The position numbers and the translations under genes are program-made. A stretch of DNA of 64,000 bases from Octopus sinensis (lineage: Eukaryota): the NCBI RefSeq assembly GCF_006345805.1, contig NC_043000.1, positions 123,814,001 through 123,878,000 of the forward strand, read 5' to 3'. This document shows, piece after piece, positions 39,501-52,622 of the stretch; position 1 is the stretch's first letter, and each line of letters opens with the position of its first letter. The notes beneath the pieces were generated by a model, which saw nothing but the letters and a program-made list of their open reading frames with translations, was not told where the DNA came from and searched no databases.

Positions 39501-39940
39501 CTCTGCTTGTGAAGACCCATTAAGGCAAGTGAGGATGAGAATCGAAATCGATCAACGGAAATCGATCAATGGAAATTGCAGATGTGTTACCAGTGCCGGT
39601 GGCATGTAAGAGAACTTTCCGTTTCGCGACCGTTGCCAGCACCGCCCCGTTCGTGTCCATTGCCAGCCTCGCCTGGCCCTCGTGCCGGTGGCACATAAAA
39701 AGCACCATCCGTTCGTGGCCGTTTGCCAGCTCTGTCTGGCACCAGTACGGTGGCACGTAAAAAGCACCCACTACACTCACGGAGTGGTTGGCGTTAGGAA
39801 GGGCATCCAGCCGTAAGAAAACACTGCCAGATTTGACTGGGCCTGATGAAGCCTTCTGGCTTCACAGACCCCAGTAGAACCGTCCAACCCATGCTAGCAT
39901 GGAAAACGGACGCTAAATGATGATGATGATGATGATGATG
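36550..39940 (+). mobile_element. RTE-clade LINE, 5'-truncated, APE endonuclease plus RT, three frameshifts
   Basis: EN motifs ISAYAPQ, AGDFNGHVG, SQIDYIL, HRLV. RT motifs NYRGIKLL, QFGFVPG, FVDMEKAFDRV, GVHQGSVLSP, LLYADDL, FRYLG. C-terminal RLRWYGHV..GRGRPRKTW. Frameshifts near 37488, 38160 and 38950. About 600-bp 3' UTR ending in (GAT)n. Confidence 0.95.
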
Positions 39941-40998
39941 CCTTAGATAAATGACAATAACTAGTTAACAATTAATTTACTAATATACAAGTACTTAGGA
40001 TAAATTGATAAGCCAATAATTGTGATGCTAATTACCAACAATTAATAACTAATATACTATTACGTAGAGATAATTGGTACATACATAGGCTCAGGAACAG
40101 GGGTTACAAAGGGGTGTAAGCGTATCCCCTAACATTTTGGGGAGCAATGAAAATGCTTTGAAAGTCCTGAAAAACTGTGTTTGCAACATCATCATCATTA
40201 TCATCATCGTTTACCGTCCGCTTTCCATGCTAGCAGGTTCCAATCTGATCTGGCAGAGTTTCTATAGCTGGATGCCTTTCCTAACGCCAACCACTCATAG
40301 AGTGTAGTGGGTGCTTTTGCATGCCACTGGCATGAGGGCCAGTCAGGCAGTACTGGCAACACCCACGCTCAAATGGTATTTTTTACATGCCACCTGCATA
40401 AGAGCCAGTGCAGCGACACTGGCAACAACTTCGCTCGAATGTTTTTTCACATGCCACCAGCACAGGTGCCAGTACTCTTAGCAAATTTCGTTCTCACACT
40501 TATGAGTGTGAGTAACTAATATATTAATTACTAACAATTAATTTATTGGTGTACTAATAGTTTCTAGTAAACATCAGTTGTCTTTTATCGTTTACTTGTT
40601 TCAGTCATTGGATGGCAGCCAAGCTGAGGAATTGTCTTGAAGGGTTTTGTTAAACAAATTGACTTCAAAACTTATTTTTCAGTCTGGTACTTATTCTATC
40701 ATAACCGTTTGCTGAACTGCTAAGTTACAGGGACATAAACAAACCAGCACTGGTTGTCAAGTGATGAGAGGAACAAACACAAAGACATGCACATACACAC
40801 ACACACACACACACATGCACATGCATTCATATATATATATATGAATGTATGTATGTATGTGTATATATATATATATATTTATGCTTGTATGTATATATAT
40901 ATATATGCATGTATGTGTGTATATTTATATATATACATATTTATGCTTGTATGTATGCATATATATACATATATATACATATACACAAGTGTGTGTGT

Positions 40999-41036
<38 letters not shown>

Positions 41037-43074
41037 CAGGCTTTGAGGCAGTTTTCCATTTATCAAATCCACTTAGAAGACATTATTCATCTGGCATTAT
41101 AATAGTAGACACCTGTCCAAGGTGCTACACAATGGGACTGAACCAGGCACTACATGGTTGGAAAGTAAGCTCCTCAACCACACAGCCATGCCAGAGCCGA
41201 TAATCCACAATATTTATTCAATTTATTTCTTCAGTTCCCTTGTCTGACACATAAAGTCAAATACTATATTCTTCTAATTTATAATTACCTTCTCAGGAAT
41301 AACGAGTCCAGTTGACTTCATAAGAGGGGGAAATGGAATTTGTGACATTCATGCATTTTTTTAATGCTGTGCAACTGAAATAAGAATGATTCAACCAGGA
41401 ACTGAACCTGGGTTTGCAGGCTTTGATTTTTCAGATCTTACCTCTTACACTCCAGCACCTGCCACTGTCAATACAGTGAATCACTACAGCATAATTAGTG
41501 CTGCTGCTCCATCAACCAAACTTCGACTGGAATTTTCAAATTACAACTGATGTTGCTAAGCAATAGGATGACGAGCATAACAGCAGTCGTTGCAAGTCGA
41601 TGGCTTGTTTGTCTGTTTGATGGAAATTATAAACAAACAGAAACAGCTCTACAAAAATAGACAAGCAATTTAAGCAAATGCCATGTGTCTATAGTAAGGT
41701 TGCTGCAGAAACTAATGAAACGATAGATGTGATTACTATAAGATGACAACTTGTAGAAAAACACTTGATAGAAAAGACAACTTGGTGTAGGGGATAAATG
41801 CTGAGTCATACCTAGAGTAAATAGAAGCTAAACTACCTGCCAAGGAATTAGCAATTTATAAACTGTATTTGTGGCAGAGGCATTTTACTATCACCAGTCC
41901 GGTTTATTTAGTCATAAGGTGATGCCATAAAAAGTACAGATCGTCATCATAAACAGAGAGAATATTCTTTTCTACTCTAAGCACAAGGCCCAAAATTTGT
42001 GGGAGAGGGGGCCGGTCGATTAGATTGACCCCAATACACAGCTGGTATTCAATTTATTGACCCTGAAAGGATGAAAGGCAAAGTCAACCTTGGCGGAATT
42101 TGAACTTAGAACATAAAGACGAAATACCTATTTCTTTTCTACCCACAAGGGGCTAAACACAGAGGAGACAAACAAGGACAGACAGATGGATTAAGTCGAT
42201 TATATCAACCCCAGTGCATAACTGGTACTTATTTAATTGACCCTGAAAGGATGAAAGGCAAAGTCGACCTCTGAGGAATTTGAACTCAGAACGTAGCGGC
42301 AGACAAAATACCGCTAAGCATTTTGTCTGGTGTGCAAAAGTTTCTGCCAGCTTGCCACCTTAAGCAAAAAGAATATTGATCTTGAAATGCTACTGGTGCT
42401 GGTATGGAACATGGATGTTAAATGATGATGATGATGATGATGATGACGACGATGACGACGATGATGATGACAATGACAATGATGATGACAATGACAACAA
42501 CAGCGATGATGATGATGATGTGTTCAGTTTGAGTCTCTTTGTGGGCCTGAATCACCACTAGAAGTATTAAATTAATTCTATTACCATAGTTCTAAAACAA
42601 AAATAGATTTAGGTATGAATGAACAGAGGCAGACACTTGGAAGAAAGGGCAGAGAGAGAGAGACTGACCAGGATTATGAAAGAAGTGTTGTAGACAATTC
42701 CTGTTACCTAGCCAACAATAAATTAGAACTGGGGTAGCTGTAGTAAAAAACATAGGAGCTATGATTGATAAGGAAGGGGTGGAAGTTCAAGAAGATGCTA
42801 CTTCTGCATAGTAGAGAGAAAGCAAGGAATGCAGTCCACCCCAGGTGATTTCTTTATGGGGATGGCACTTTAGGGTTTGCTGTGTAACCCTGTATAGGCT
42901 TGCATGGTAGAGTTGGGTGGGGAGTAAACTCATGGGCTACCTTGACTGGAAAACACACCAGCTCCACAAACCACTGCTTCTACTTATCTTTATCTAAACA
43001 AAACACTGAAACATGTGTAAAGGATGTGGTGTAGAATGTTAGTGAGGTGTAAGTATTCAATGTAGAAGATCTGT

Positions 43075-43484
43075 GAAGCATAGGGGATATATAAGGCGAG
43101 CAAAACGCCCCCTCCCCCGTCCAATGGATGGTGCTGAGTTGTCAAACATTTAAACCAAATTTTCTCAAAACAACTTGTCCAACTGTCCCATAGGCCTCCC
43201 CTTTGAGAAACACTGATTTAACTTAAATTTGAAACCCCAGCAAAAGAAGAAATAAAGATAGACTTTTTTTCTATTCCAAGAAAAACGATTTTACAAATGC
43301 ACATTCCCACGGCTTTATCAATCGCATTCTCACCTGGAATCGAATTTTGTAATTTTTTCAAGACTTATACACGCCCTGATACCGTCAGTATCTACATATC
43401 AAATTTGAGTGCAATCAGATAGGGGATGCCCGAGATCCTAGAAGACACACACACAGACAGACAGAACAGATTTTATATAATAGA
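43075..43484 (-). mobile_element. Helitron-like non-autonomous element (microsatellite-bearing type)
   Basis: Minus-strand start A|TCTATTATATAAAA followed by (CTGT)n, and the motif tacatatcaaatttgagtgcaatc. Other end not resolved. Confidence 0.4.
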
Positions 43485-43606
43485 TAAATTGGTAATATCA
43501 AATAATAAACACAATGTACAATAATCACATTGATAAAATACTGCAAATAGTATAATATTCTGATAATATACACTTGATCTTAGACTAGTCACGGAATTCT
43601 ACTCAC

Positions 43607-43758
43607 CTTAATAAGCTGGAAAATAGGTATCTCTCCGCTTTTTTGTTTTTTTTTTTTTTGGCATTGTTTGAATTATTAAAATTAGAAAAGGCATCTAATT
43701 GTATAAAATAAACAGCTACTCCAACAATTAATGCAAATGCGAGAATTTTCAGACTCAT
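43607..43758 (-). CDS. Candidate first coding exon with signal peptide or signal anchor
   Basis: ATG at 43758 follows an in-frame TAG. Translates MSLKILAFALIVGVAVYFIQLDAFSNFNNSNNAKKKKNKKAERYLFSSLL, then a consensus AAG|gtgagt donor (phase 2). A pyrimidine-rich acceptor lies at 43765-43766. Link to the LDLa exons is inferred. Confidence 0.4.
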
Positions 43759-44871
43759 ACAACTCTATGGATTCAAAATGTTAAAGAAAAGGATTTTGTT
43801 ATGATTATGGTTGTTATTTATATGTCTTTGTGTTTATATTTTTTCTTTTTTTCTTTTTTTTTGGCTCTTTAGTTGAGTCATGTTGGGTGTTATTACTCAA
43901 AGCTAAAATTAACAGAAAGCATAATGGACTTTGCTGATAACTGGGTCTTTAAGAAAATATTCAACAAAGCCACTCTCAAACGGATTTTAATCTGGTCTTT
44001 ACAAAAAAAAACTAATGGAAACTATTTTAGAAAAATACAATTCTAAAATTCTTCAATATTCCATTGCAAAACAATTATGTCATCCAATCAATTCTTACTT
44101 GAGTGAATCACTACACTTGTGTCTTCTCAAGTAAGACTCAAACAAATGGTTTTGTTCTTTAGAGGGGGTTTTTTGTACTATTTTTAGTTTCTTATTTTCA
44201 TTACTTACTGTCATATTTTTTTTTACTTAATTTACTGTTGTTATGATTTTTATTGTTGCCGATGTTGTTGTTGTTGTTGTTTAGTACCGTGTCAGTTCTA
44301 TTTGAGTGCATCTATGATCAAAATTGCTATAGTCATGACCATCGTATCTTCCTTTTTTCTGACCGTGTGCTTCCACTTTTTTTTTATAACAGAGTAGAGT
44401 GTGATTTTGAGGGTCATTTGGTTGCTATTTCTAACAAGTTCACCAATTGTGTAAGGGTTCCCTTCATCAGCATGGTGACGCTGTTATTGCTGTTGATGTT
44501 GGAGGTGTTGCTGATGGTGGGGAAATGGTGGGGTGGGGTGGGGTGGTAGTGGTGATTGGTGGTGGTGGTGATGGTGGTGATGGTGGTGGTGGTGGTGGTG
44601 GTATTGTTCATAATCAGTTTTATGATGTAAAATTATTTCTGATAAATACACATGTTTGTTTTTGTTTTTTTTTATGGAGGGTAGGAGATGGAGGCCAATG
44701 TTCATTTATTACATTATATGTGTGTGTGTGCATGTGTGTGTGTGCTTGTGTGTGTGTATGTTATGCGCATGTCTGTGTGTGCACACGCTTGTGCATGTGT
44801 GTGTGTATGAGTGTGTATATATATATATGTTTGTGTGTGTGTGTGTATGTGTGTGTGTGTGTATATATATA

Positions 44872-44923
<52 letters not shown>

Positions 44924-46391
44924 CAGTTTAAAATTTCAGATTTATCACAAATCTAGGATCTAGTCATCAATTGAATTCTGAGGGTGGGTCAAATAAATAA
45001 ATAAATAAATAAATAAATAAATGCATCAAATCAAAAATTTGAAATCATAATTCAGCCCAAAAGAAATTAATTTAACAAAAAAAATTAAGCTTAAATTCAA
45101 ATCAATATTCAATTGTTTTGTTTCGTTTTGTTTTTTTTTGTGGTTTTTTTTTTTCCAATTTCAAAACAAAGTAAAACTTTTAAATTTCTGTTCATGAAAA
45201 TAACAGCACAATGTTATCTTTTTGAAATTTTATGCAGAATAAAATAACGAAATAATTTGATATTTAATTGAAATATGCAAATTAGAATATCTAATTTAGC
45301 TTCCTAAATTTATCAGTTAACGACAGCAATAAATACTGCCATTGTTTACAGCAATTTCTATTTTTCTTCGTCTGATGGCTAGTGTTATAGTTGTTGTTGT
45401 TGTTGTTGTTGTTGTGATTTTCATTGAAGTTGTTTTTGTTATCAATGCTTATGTGATCCTTATTGATGTTGTTGTTGTTGGTGTTGTTGTTGATGGGGTG
45501 ATTGTTGTTGTTTGTTGTTGTTATTGTTATTTGTTGGTACCACGGTAGCTATTGAGCTATTGGTGACGTGACCCTTGGGGGGAATATGTTGGCAGTGAGG
45601 ATGGCAGCGGTGGTGGTGGCGGTGACAACGGCGATGGTGGTAGTGGTGTTTGTGGTGGTGGTGGCGGTTGCAGCGGCGGTGGTGGTGGCGGTTGCAGCAG
45701 CGATGGTGGTGGTAGTGGTGGTGGTGGTGGTCATGATGGTATGACTGGTGGGCATCATGATCGTTGTAGTAACATTGTAAGATGCAGTAATATTAATAGT
45801 TATTAATAGCGGTGTTGGCTGTGGTGTTAGTGGTGGTGGTGTGAGCTATATTTAGATGATACAGATTTAATTTTTGCTTTTGTTTTTTATATGGTTTTTA
45901 TTTTCTTTATATTTTATTTCTTTGTCTTTGACTCCATTGTTTTCTTTTTCTCATTTTGTTCATTGGAGTCATGGTGTTTGTTGTGGTGGTGGGGGGGGTT
46001 GTTGTTGTTGTTGGTGGTGGTAGTGGTGGTGGTGGTGGTGGTGGTGGTGGTGGTGGTGGTGGTGGTGTTGCTGGTGGTGCTGGTGGTGGCGGTGGCGGCG
46101 GCAGCAAGTTAATGACCAGTAATTACTGATTGTGTTGTTATTGGCAATACTTTTACTTTCATTTTCGCTGTTGGTGTTCTTATTATTATTATTATTTATT
46201 TATTGTATTCTTGTTGTCATAGTTACGTTGGTGTTGTCTATATTATGTAGCTCCAGCTGCTGTTCTCATCATGTTGTTTGTTTTTTTGTTGTTATCGTTT
46301 GTTCTTCTTCCCAACTTTGTTATTATTGTTTATTTTTTTTATGTTGTTGTTTTCCTTATCCTCATTGTTTATATTATTATTATTGCTGTCT

Positions 46392-46566
46392 TTATTTATG
46401 TTGATGTTGCTGCTGCTGTTTGTGATGGTCACAGTTTGCTAAAACCATTGTTGTTGCTGTTGTTGAAGTAACAGCGGCAGAAGTTTGGTACAGATCCTTG
46501 TTAATAATTTCCCTGATACCAATGTTGTAGCCATTGTTGTTGTGGTCGTTAGGATTTAATATACAC

Positions 46567-46619
<53 letters not shown>

Positions 46620-46694
46620 GGTTGCTGTCTCTGATATTGTTATTATTGCTGTTGCAGGAGATAATCCCCCTATTTCATCCATCTGTCCCGTCAC
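46392..46694 (-). CDS. Probable out-of-frame continuation (cytoplasmic tail) of the 47593-46703 protein
   Basis: 100-aa ORF starting 9 nt after the stop: VTGQMDEIGGLSPATAIITISETAT-polyN-KCILNPNDHNNNGYNIGIREIINKDLYQ. One extra T at TAT TAA fuses the two frames. Confidence 0.5.
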
Positions 46695-46702
46695 ATAAAC
46701 AC

Positions 46703-47237
46703 TTAATACATATCATCTTCATACTGTGAATGTAGTTGGAAGTGGGCCCTATTTTGACAGAAACGGTGCACAGACAGGAGAAGTGCTGCAATTAACAAGC
46801 ATGCAATCACTGCACCGACTGCAATCAAGCACTTACCAACACGGAAGCCAGTTCTTATGAAAAATATTTCTGTGTTGTTCACCTCCGAGCTGATGTTCAC
46901 AGCTAGAGATAAGTTCAAGCAGGGCACCCACATACACTGGATTACATAGGAGAGAGCTTTGGCTTCGTTCACCCCATCGGGTGCTTTAAGATCATGTGTC
47001 ACAGGGGCCACAACAGGGATAAAAGTAGGATCTGAGATGGCAGTTTCTTCACAGATGCACATTCGGCATGTTTCCATTTCAGTTATCAATGGGTCCGTCG
47101 TATAGGTCTCATTATAGAAGGAGCAGTTCCTCTGGACCTGATCCCTGTACTGTAAGCTTCCATTGCTTCTGTTAGACACTTTCATAACATCAACATTCGT
47201 ATTATTATTATTATTATTATTGTTATTATTATTATTA

Positions 47238-47280
<43 letters not shown>

Positions 47281-47593
47281 TGCCATCATTATGTTCATTA
47301 TTACTTTTGTTTTTATTAGTGGTTTCACTGTTATCATTGTCATCATCATCATCGTCATCATCATCTTGTTCATGATTCTTAGTTTTCTGTTGAACATCTC
47401 TGATAGATTTCTTCAGCCGTAATACTGACCAAGGAATTGATGACATTGTCTGACTGACTGATTTAGGGACCAAGGGAGGCTGACCAGTGTCGTCACTGGT
47501 CAATCTATTCCCCATAACAGGGGATGGCTTTAAAGAATGGTTCATAACTTGTCCAAAGAAAAGTTGAGACACACAAAACAACAATAAGTCCAT
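46703..47593 (-). CDS. Single-exon, Asn/Asp-rich single-pass membrane protein with a partial VWC-like Cys module
   Basis: 296-aa ORF, aaaATGG start and hydrophobic N-terminus. Contains poly-D and poly-N tracts, a Cys module (NCSFYNETY..ETCRMCICEE..IQCMWVPCLNLS), many N-x-S/T sequons before the TM segment LIAVGAVIACLLIAALLLSV, and a basic stop-transfer stretch HRFCQNR. Confidence 0.8.
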
Positions 47594-47699
47594 TTTATTG
47601 TTGTTGTTGTGGTGTGTATATGTGTGTGCTTTTTAATTTATGTGTGTTTTGGTCATCCAAGCTCACATTGTAGATTAATGTGCATATTGTAAATCTATA

Positions 47700-48502
47700 T
47701 TATTTTTCTTGAGTTTGCACTGGTTTAATGTTGATATATATACATACATACATATATATATATGTATATATATACACACACACACTTATAGATACATGCA
47801 TACGTACATGTATATATATATATATATGTATGTATGTATGTATGAATATATCTATATATATATATATGTATATATATATATGTATATACACACACACACA
47901 CGCAGTATGTATAACAGTTATGTATCTGTGTATGTATGCATATATATAAATATATATATGTGTATATGTTTGTATGTATGTATGTATATATGAAAAGTTA
48001 TGTGTTCTGTAGGTTACCCATATAACATTTGTTACATTTTCCAATGTGTGTACGTTTTGGATGTGTATGTGTCTAACACTGTTCTGTGAATGTACTTATA
48101 ATATATCTTATACGGAATATATATTATATTATGGCATCTGTTATATATATATATCTATAAGTAGACGTCTATGTCATTCACGCTATTTTTCTTTAGTTAT
48201 GTCTATGATATACACTCTATAAGTATTTATATGCCTATATCTATCATATTCACTGTATATCTTATACAATTTCAAGTTACTTCAGAGATATCTGTGCATG
48301 TGTATATATGTATGTGTATATGTATATATACACACATTACATGTGATTTCCACAGTGAATCATCTACAAACACTTTGTACAATGTCAAAGAATTTTCATC
48401 AATGTATTCATGTACTGTATATATCTGTGTGTATGTGTGTCCAATTTTATTTATTTATTTTTCTTTCTTTGTCTCTCTCTCTATATATATGTGTGTGTGT
48501 GT

Positions 48503-48536
<34 letters not shown>

Positions 48537-49028
48537 GCGTGTGTGTGTGTGTGAATGTGTGTATTTATGAAGTGGAACTTATCTATTTGTGCGAGTATGT
48601 ATGCACATGTTATAAGTGTCTTTGTAAACTTATCTTCATATACATATAGTATGTATACACACTATATGCTCTAAGTAAATATACACAATATATTATACAT
48701 ACATTAACAAGACATTTCAAGCAAGCATCAAACTAATGCACCTAGCATCTTGTTTCCTCACCTGTCTCAGTCCTTTGTTCTTTGAACAATTTTGAACTAT
48801 ATACATATGTATATATATATACATGTGTGTGTGTGTGTGTGTGTGGTGTTTGTGTGTGTGTGTGCACTACTGCTACTGCTGCTTTGTATAAGACATGTGT
48901 GTTTTATGTATTGACATTTATCTAATATCTGTATCAGTGCATGTGTGTACACTCTTTACTCATTATAAGTATATTTCAGGTGTGTGTATAACATGAATCT
49001 GTGTAAATTCTATATTTACTAAAGATGA

Positions 49029-49080
<52 letters not shown>

Positions 49081-49784
49081 GTGCACTTGTGTAAATGTAT
49101 GTGTGTATGTATCTCTCTACCTGTGCATGCTAAATATATGAGTGTGTGTGTGAAGTTGTTCTGCTTCCATTATTGTTTCCTGTCATTTATGTATATGCAT
49201 GTTATATATAATTTGTAAACATATATATATATAGGTGTACACATGAATCAAGTGTTTCAAATATGTCTGTATGTATTTATCTAATTATATATATATTTAT
49301 GAGTATATATGTATTTTTTCCATTTAGACATTATCATCTTTACAATCCAGGTGTGTATAATGAGTATATATATCTATGTTTGTCAATATCTGTGTGTAAT
49401 TATCTATCAATCAATTTTTTTGTCTATCTGTTTATATATACCTGTTATATAGACGTATACACATGTATCTGTATTTGTGTATGCATGTATCTAACTAGCT
49501 AGCTCGCTATCAAGCTATCTATCTGTTTGTCTGTCTGTTTGTCTATCTCTCTGTCTATATGCTCCTGCTATGTATGTGAGTGTGCGCGTGCATGTGTGTT
49601 TGTTTCTGTCTACTTCTATGTGTAACTATACACTCTCTTTTCACATATCATCTATACAGTTCAGGTGTGTTTAAATGCATGTCTCATACTATATACACAT
49701 ATATTTGCACACATGTATGTATCTATTTACATACACCTGTTTTATGTATTCATATATTTATAAATGTATATGTATGTATGTGTG

Positions 49785-49831
<47 letters not shown>

Positions 49832-50452
49832 ATATATATTACTTTGTAGGTATAAATCCTTAAATCCTTAAAAATGTTTTAGCCCTAAGGCCGCGGCCAT
49901 GATATATATATATATATATATATTATATAGTACTTTGTATGTATGTATATATATATGTATGTATAATATATACTTATGGATATGTATGTCTATGTATACA
50001 AATACTCTTTCTTAAAACATCCATGCTCCTCAGGTGTGTATATTTTCATATATTATATACACCATGTATGACTCTGTGTGTATGTGTGTGTGTGTGTAGG
50101 CATGGTGTATGTGTGTGTATGTGTGTATTTGTGTATACGCTCACTCAGTTTCACATTATCAATGCATGCCTGGTCGGTCCAACAACCCTGTTCCGTGGTA
50201 AAGTTTGCCTCCTTTTCCGTGTAAATCAGCAGAAAGTGTTTGACTGTCGTTGATGGAACGGAAACAAGGGAAGAGAATAATCCATATTGGGATGAATGGA
50301 TGTGTCCATCTTAAGAATAGGTCATCTTGTGAAATCCTGCTGTTGTTCCCATCTATCTTCTTTTGCGGACAGAAATATTTCGAATGACAGAAAACAGCAA
50401 AATGTAGCTTGGTTTATTTATAGTTTAGCTTTCTGGTAGGTATATGTGTGCG

Positions 50453-50489
<37 letters not shown>

Positions 50490-51299
50490 TGTGTCTGTGT
50501 GAGTATGGACATGCGTGCATGTGTGTGTAATCGCGGTTGTCTTTCTATTATGAGTGTATGCTTGTGTGTATGCACGTTTGTGTGTATGTGTGTTTGTGTA
50601 ATCAGGTTTGTGTTGATGTGTGTGTGTGTGCTTGTGCTTTAGTATGTGTGTTTGTACATGTGTGTGTATGTGTGTGCTTGTGTATGTTTGAGTTTGTATG
50701 TGTGTTTGACTTTATGTGTGTGTTTATGTTTGTGTGTTGTGTGTGTGTGTTGTGTGTGTGTGCTTGTGCTTTTGTATCTGTGTTTGTACTTGTGTGTATG
50801 TATGTGTGTGCTTGTGTATGTTTGAGTTTGTATGTGTGTTTGACTTTATGTGTATGTTTATGTTTGTGTGTGTGTGTGTGTGTGTGGTGTGTGTGTGTGT
50901 GTGTGCAAGTGCCTCAGAGGTTGTGTATAGAGGTGTGCAAACGTATGTTTTCATGAGTATACCAACAAAGGTGAATATGTATGCAGCCATACATATGTAT
51001 GGCTTCTCATGTCTGTGTATGTATATCCCTGTAATCAATGTGTTTGTATATGTTCATCTTTCTACATGTGTATGTATTCATGAGCGCCAGTGTATATGTG
51101 TGTGTATTTGTATGCCAATGTGATTGTGTTTATTTGTACATGTTATGTGTATGTGTTTGTGTATGTCTATGTGTTAGCATATGAGTGCGTTGACACGTGT
51201 CCATGTTGTTGCACTCTGTTTGTGTATGTGTGTGTGTATCTACATAACCATATACATACATACAGCTTTGCATACACATACACATACACATGTATACAC

Positions 51300-51384
<85 letters not shown>

Positions 51385-51421
51385 TTGATAGATTGATAGA
51401 CAGAGAGACAGACAGACAGAC

Positions 51422-51481
<60 letters not shown>

Positions 51482-51950
51482 TTGTATGTATGTATGTATG
51501 TATGCATGTATGTATATGCGTGTATGTGTGTATGTATTTATATATACATTTATGTATGTGTAATTATGTATGTATATATGTATGTGTGTATGTATGTATA
51601 TGTGTATGCATGTATACACAGATAGATAGATATAAATATGTATGCATGTGTATGTATGTATGTATGTATGTATGTATGTGTATGTATGTATGTATGTATG
51701 TATGTATGTATGTATGTGTGTATGTATGTATGTATCTGTTCGTATTTATACAGTTATATGCAAATATATGATGTGTCATCACAACAACCTTTCACCACCA
51801 TTGGCCCTCACATAACACCACCGTCACGGCAACCACCAGCATCACCTCCCTACCGTCACCGCCACCAATACTACCATCACCACCACACAACCACCACCAC
51901 CACCACCACCACCACCACCACCGCCTCCACTATCATCGCTGCTACCGCTA
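47700..51950. repeat. Microsatellite and cryptically simple region: (TA)n, (TG)n, (GATA)n, (TATG)n, (CAC)n
   Basis: Directly visible. Pure (GATA)n/(GACA)n at ~51300-51480 and (TATG)n at ~51640-51735. Confidence 0.95.
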
Positions 51951-52033
51951 TATACCAACCACCATATCTGCTTATCCCTTCTACATCAGCAGCAGCCTCC
52001 TATGTTTGTCTCTAAACTGATGGCTGGCTGTCC

Positions 52034-52115
52034 AGCTGGTCAATTGGTTGATTGGAAAGTTTGAATTGCTAGATTGGTCGTTTAACTTGTTGATTGCTTC
52101 TACGGTACGCCGCCC
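52034..52115. promoter_or_regulatory. Possible CCAAT-box promoter
   Basis: Three ATTGG motifs within ~45 bp, followed by a GC-rich cgccgcccc, in non-repetitive DNA ~4.5 kb upstream of the 47593 ORF. Confidence 0.25.
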
Positions 52116-52383
52116 CCTTTTTTTTCTTTCATTAACAACAGTTCGCTGCGCACCTTAGTAAATAAACATCATTTGACACAACAGCCGTACCGTTAGAAAC
52201 ACCAAAGAAAATCCGCATCGACAATTGAACCAACAATTATAACAATACAAGCGAATAACAACAGCAACAACAACGATAAAAAAAACCTGGATTGGAAGCA
52301 AAACAAAAAAAAAAACAGGGCAATAAAAATCAAATGAAACGGCGGTAACAACACCGTGAGCAACATGTAGGGGTACTTCTTGA

Positions 52384-52622
52384 GAACAGTGGTCCCGGTG
52401 CGCGCACTCGCGTACTCGCGCATCCGCGCTAGCTAGTCATGACTAGTCGGTCCTTACTTTGTGTTTTTGTGTGTTATTTACTTTAACAAAAATTATCTAT
52501 TTTGTGTAAAAAAATTTTATTTATTTTGTATTTTATTTACTAGCTAGGGTAGTCGTTGTAGGATCGACTAGTCACGACTAGCATGCGCGACTACGCGAGT
52601 GCGCGCACCGGGACCACTGTTC
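52384..52622. mobile_element. CpG-rich MITE-like fold-back element
   Basis: About 70-bp TIRs gaacagtggtcccggtgcgcgcactcgcg.. / ..cgcgagtgcgcgcaccgggaccactgttc around an AT-rich core. No TSD found. Confidence 0.7.

Noticed and set aside
39843-39865. CTGATGA followed by hairpin agcc-ttct-ggct in the RTE 3' UTR
   Set aside because: No GAAA follows, and another copy (28710) reads ctggtgca, so it is probably a chance match and not a hammerhead.
41387-41551. Plus-strand 54-aa ORF MIQPGTEPGFAGFDFSDL..
   Set aside because: Short and isolated, with no supporting plus-strand exons or domain match.
46700-46712. Programmed frameshift or editing read-through at TAT TAA
   Set aside because: No slippery heptamer, and in-frame read-through meets TGA three codons later. 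An indel is the simpler explanation.
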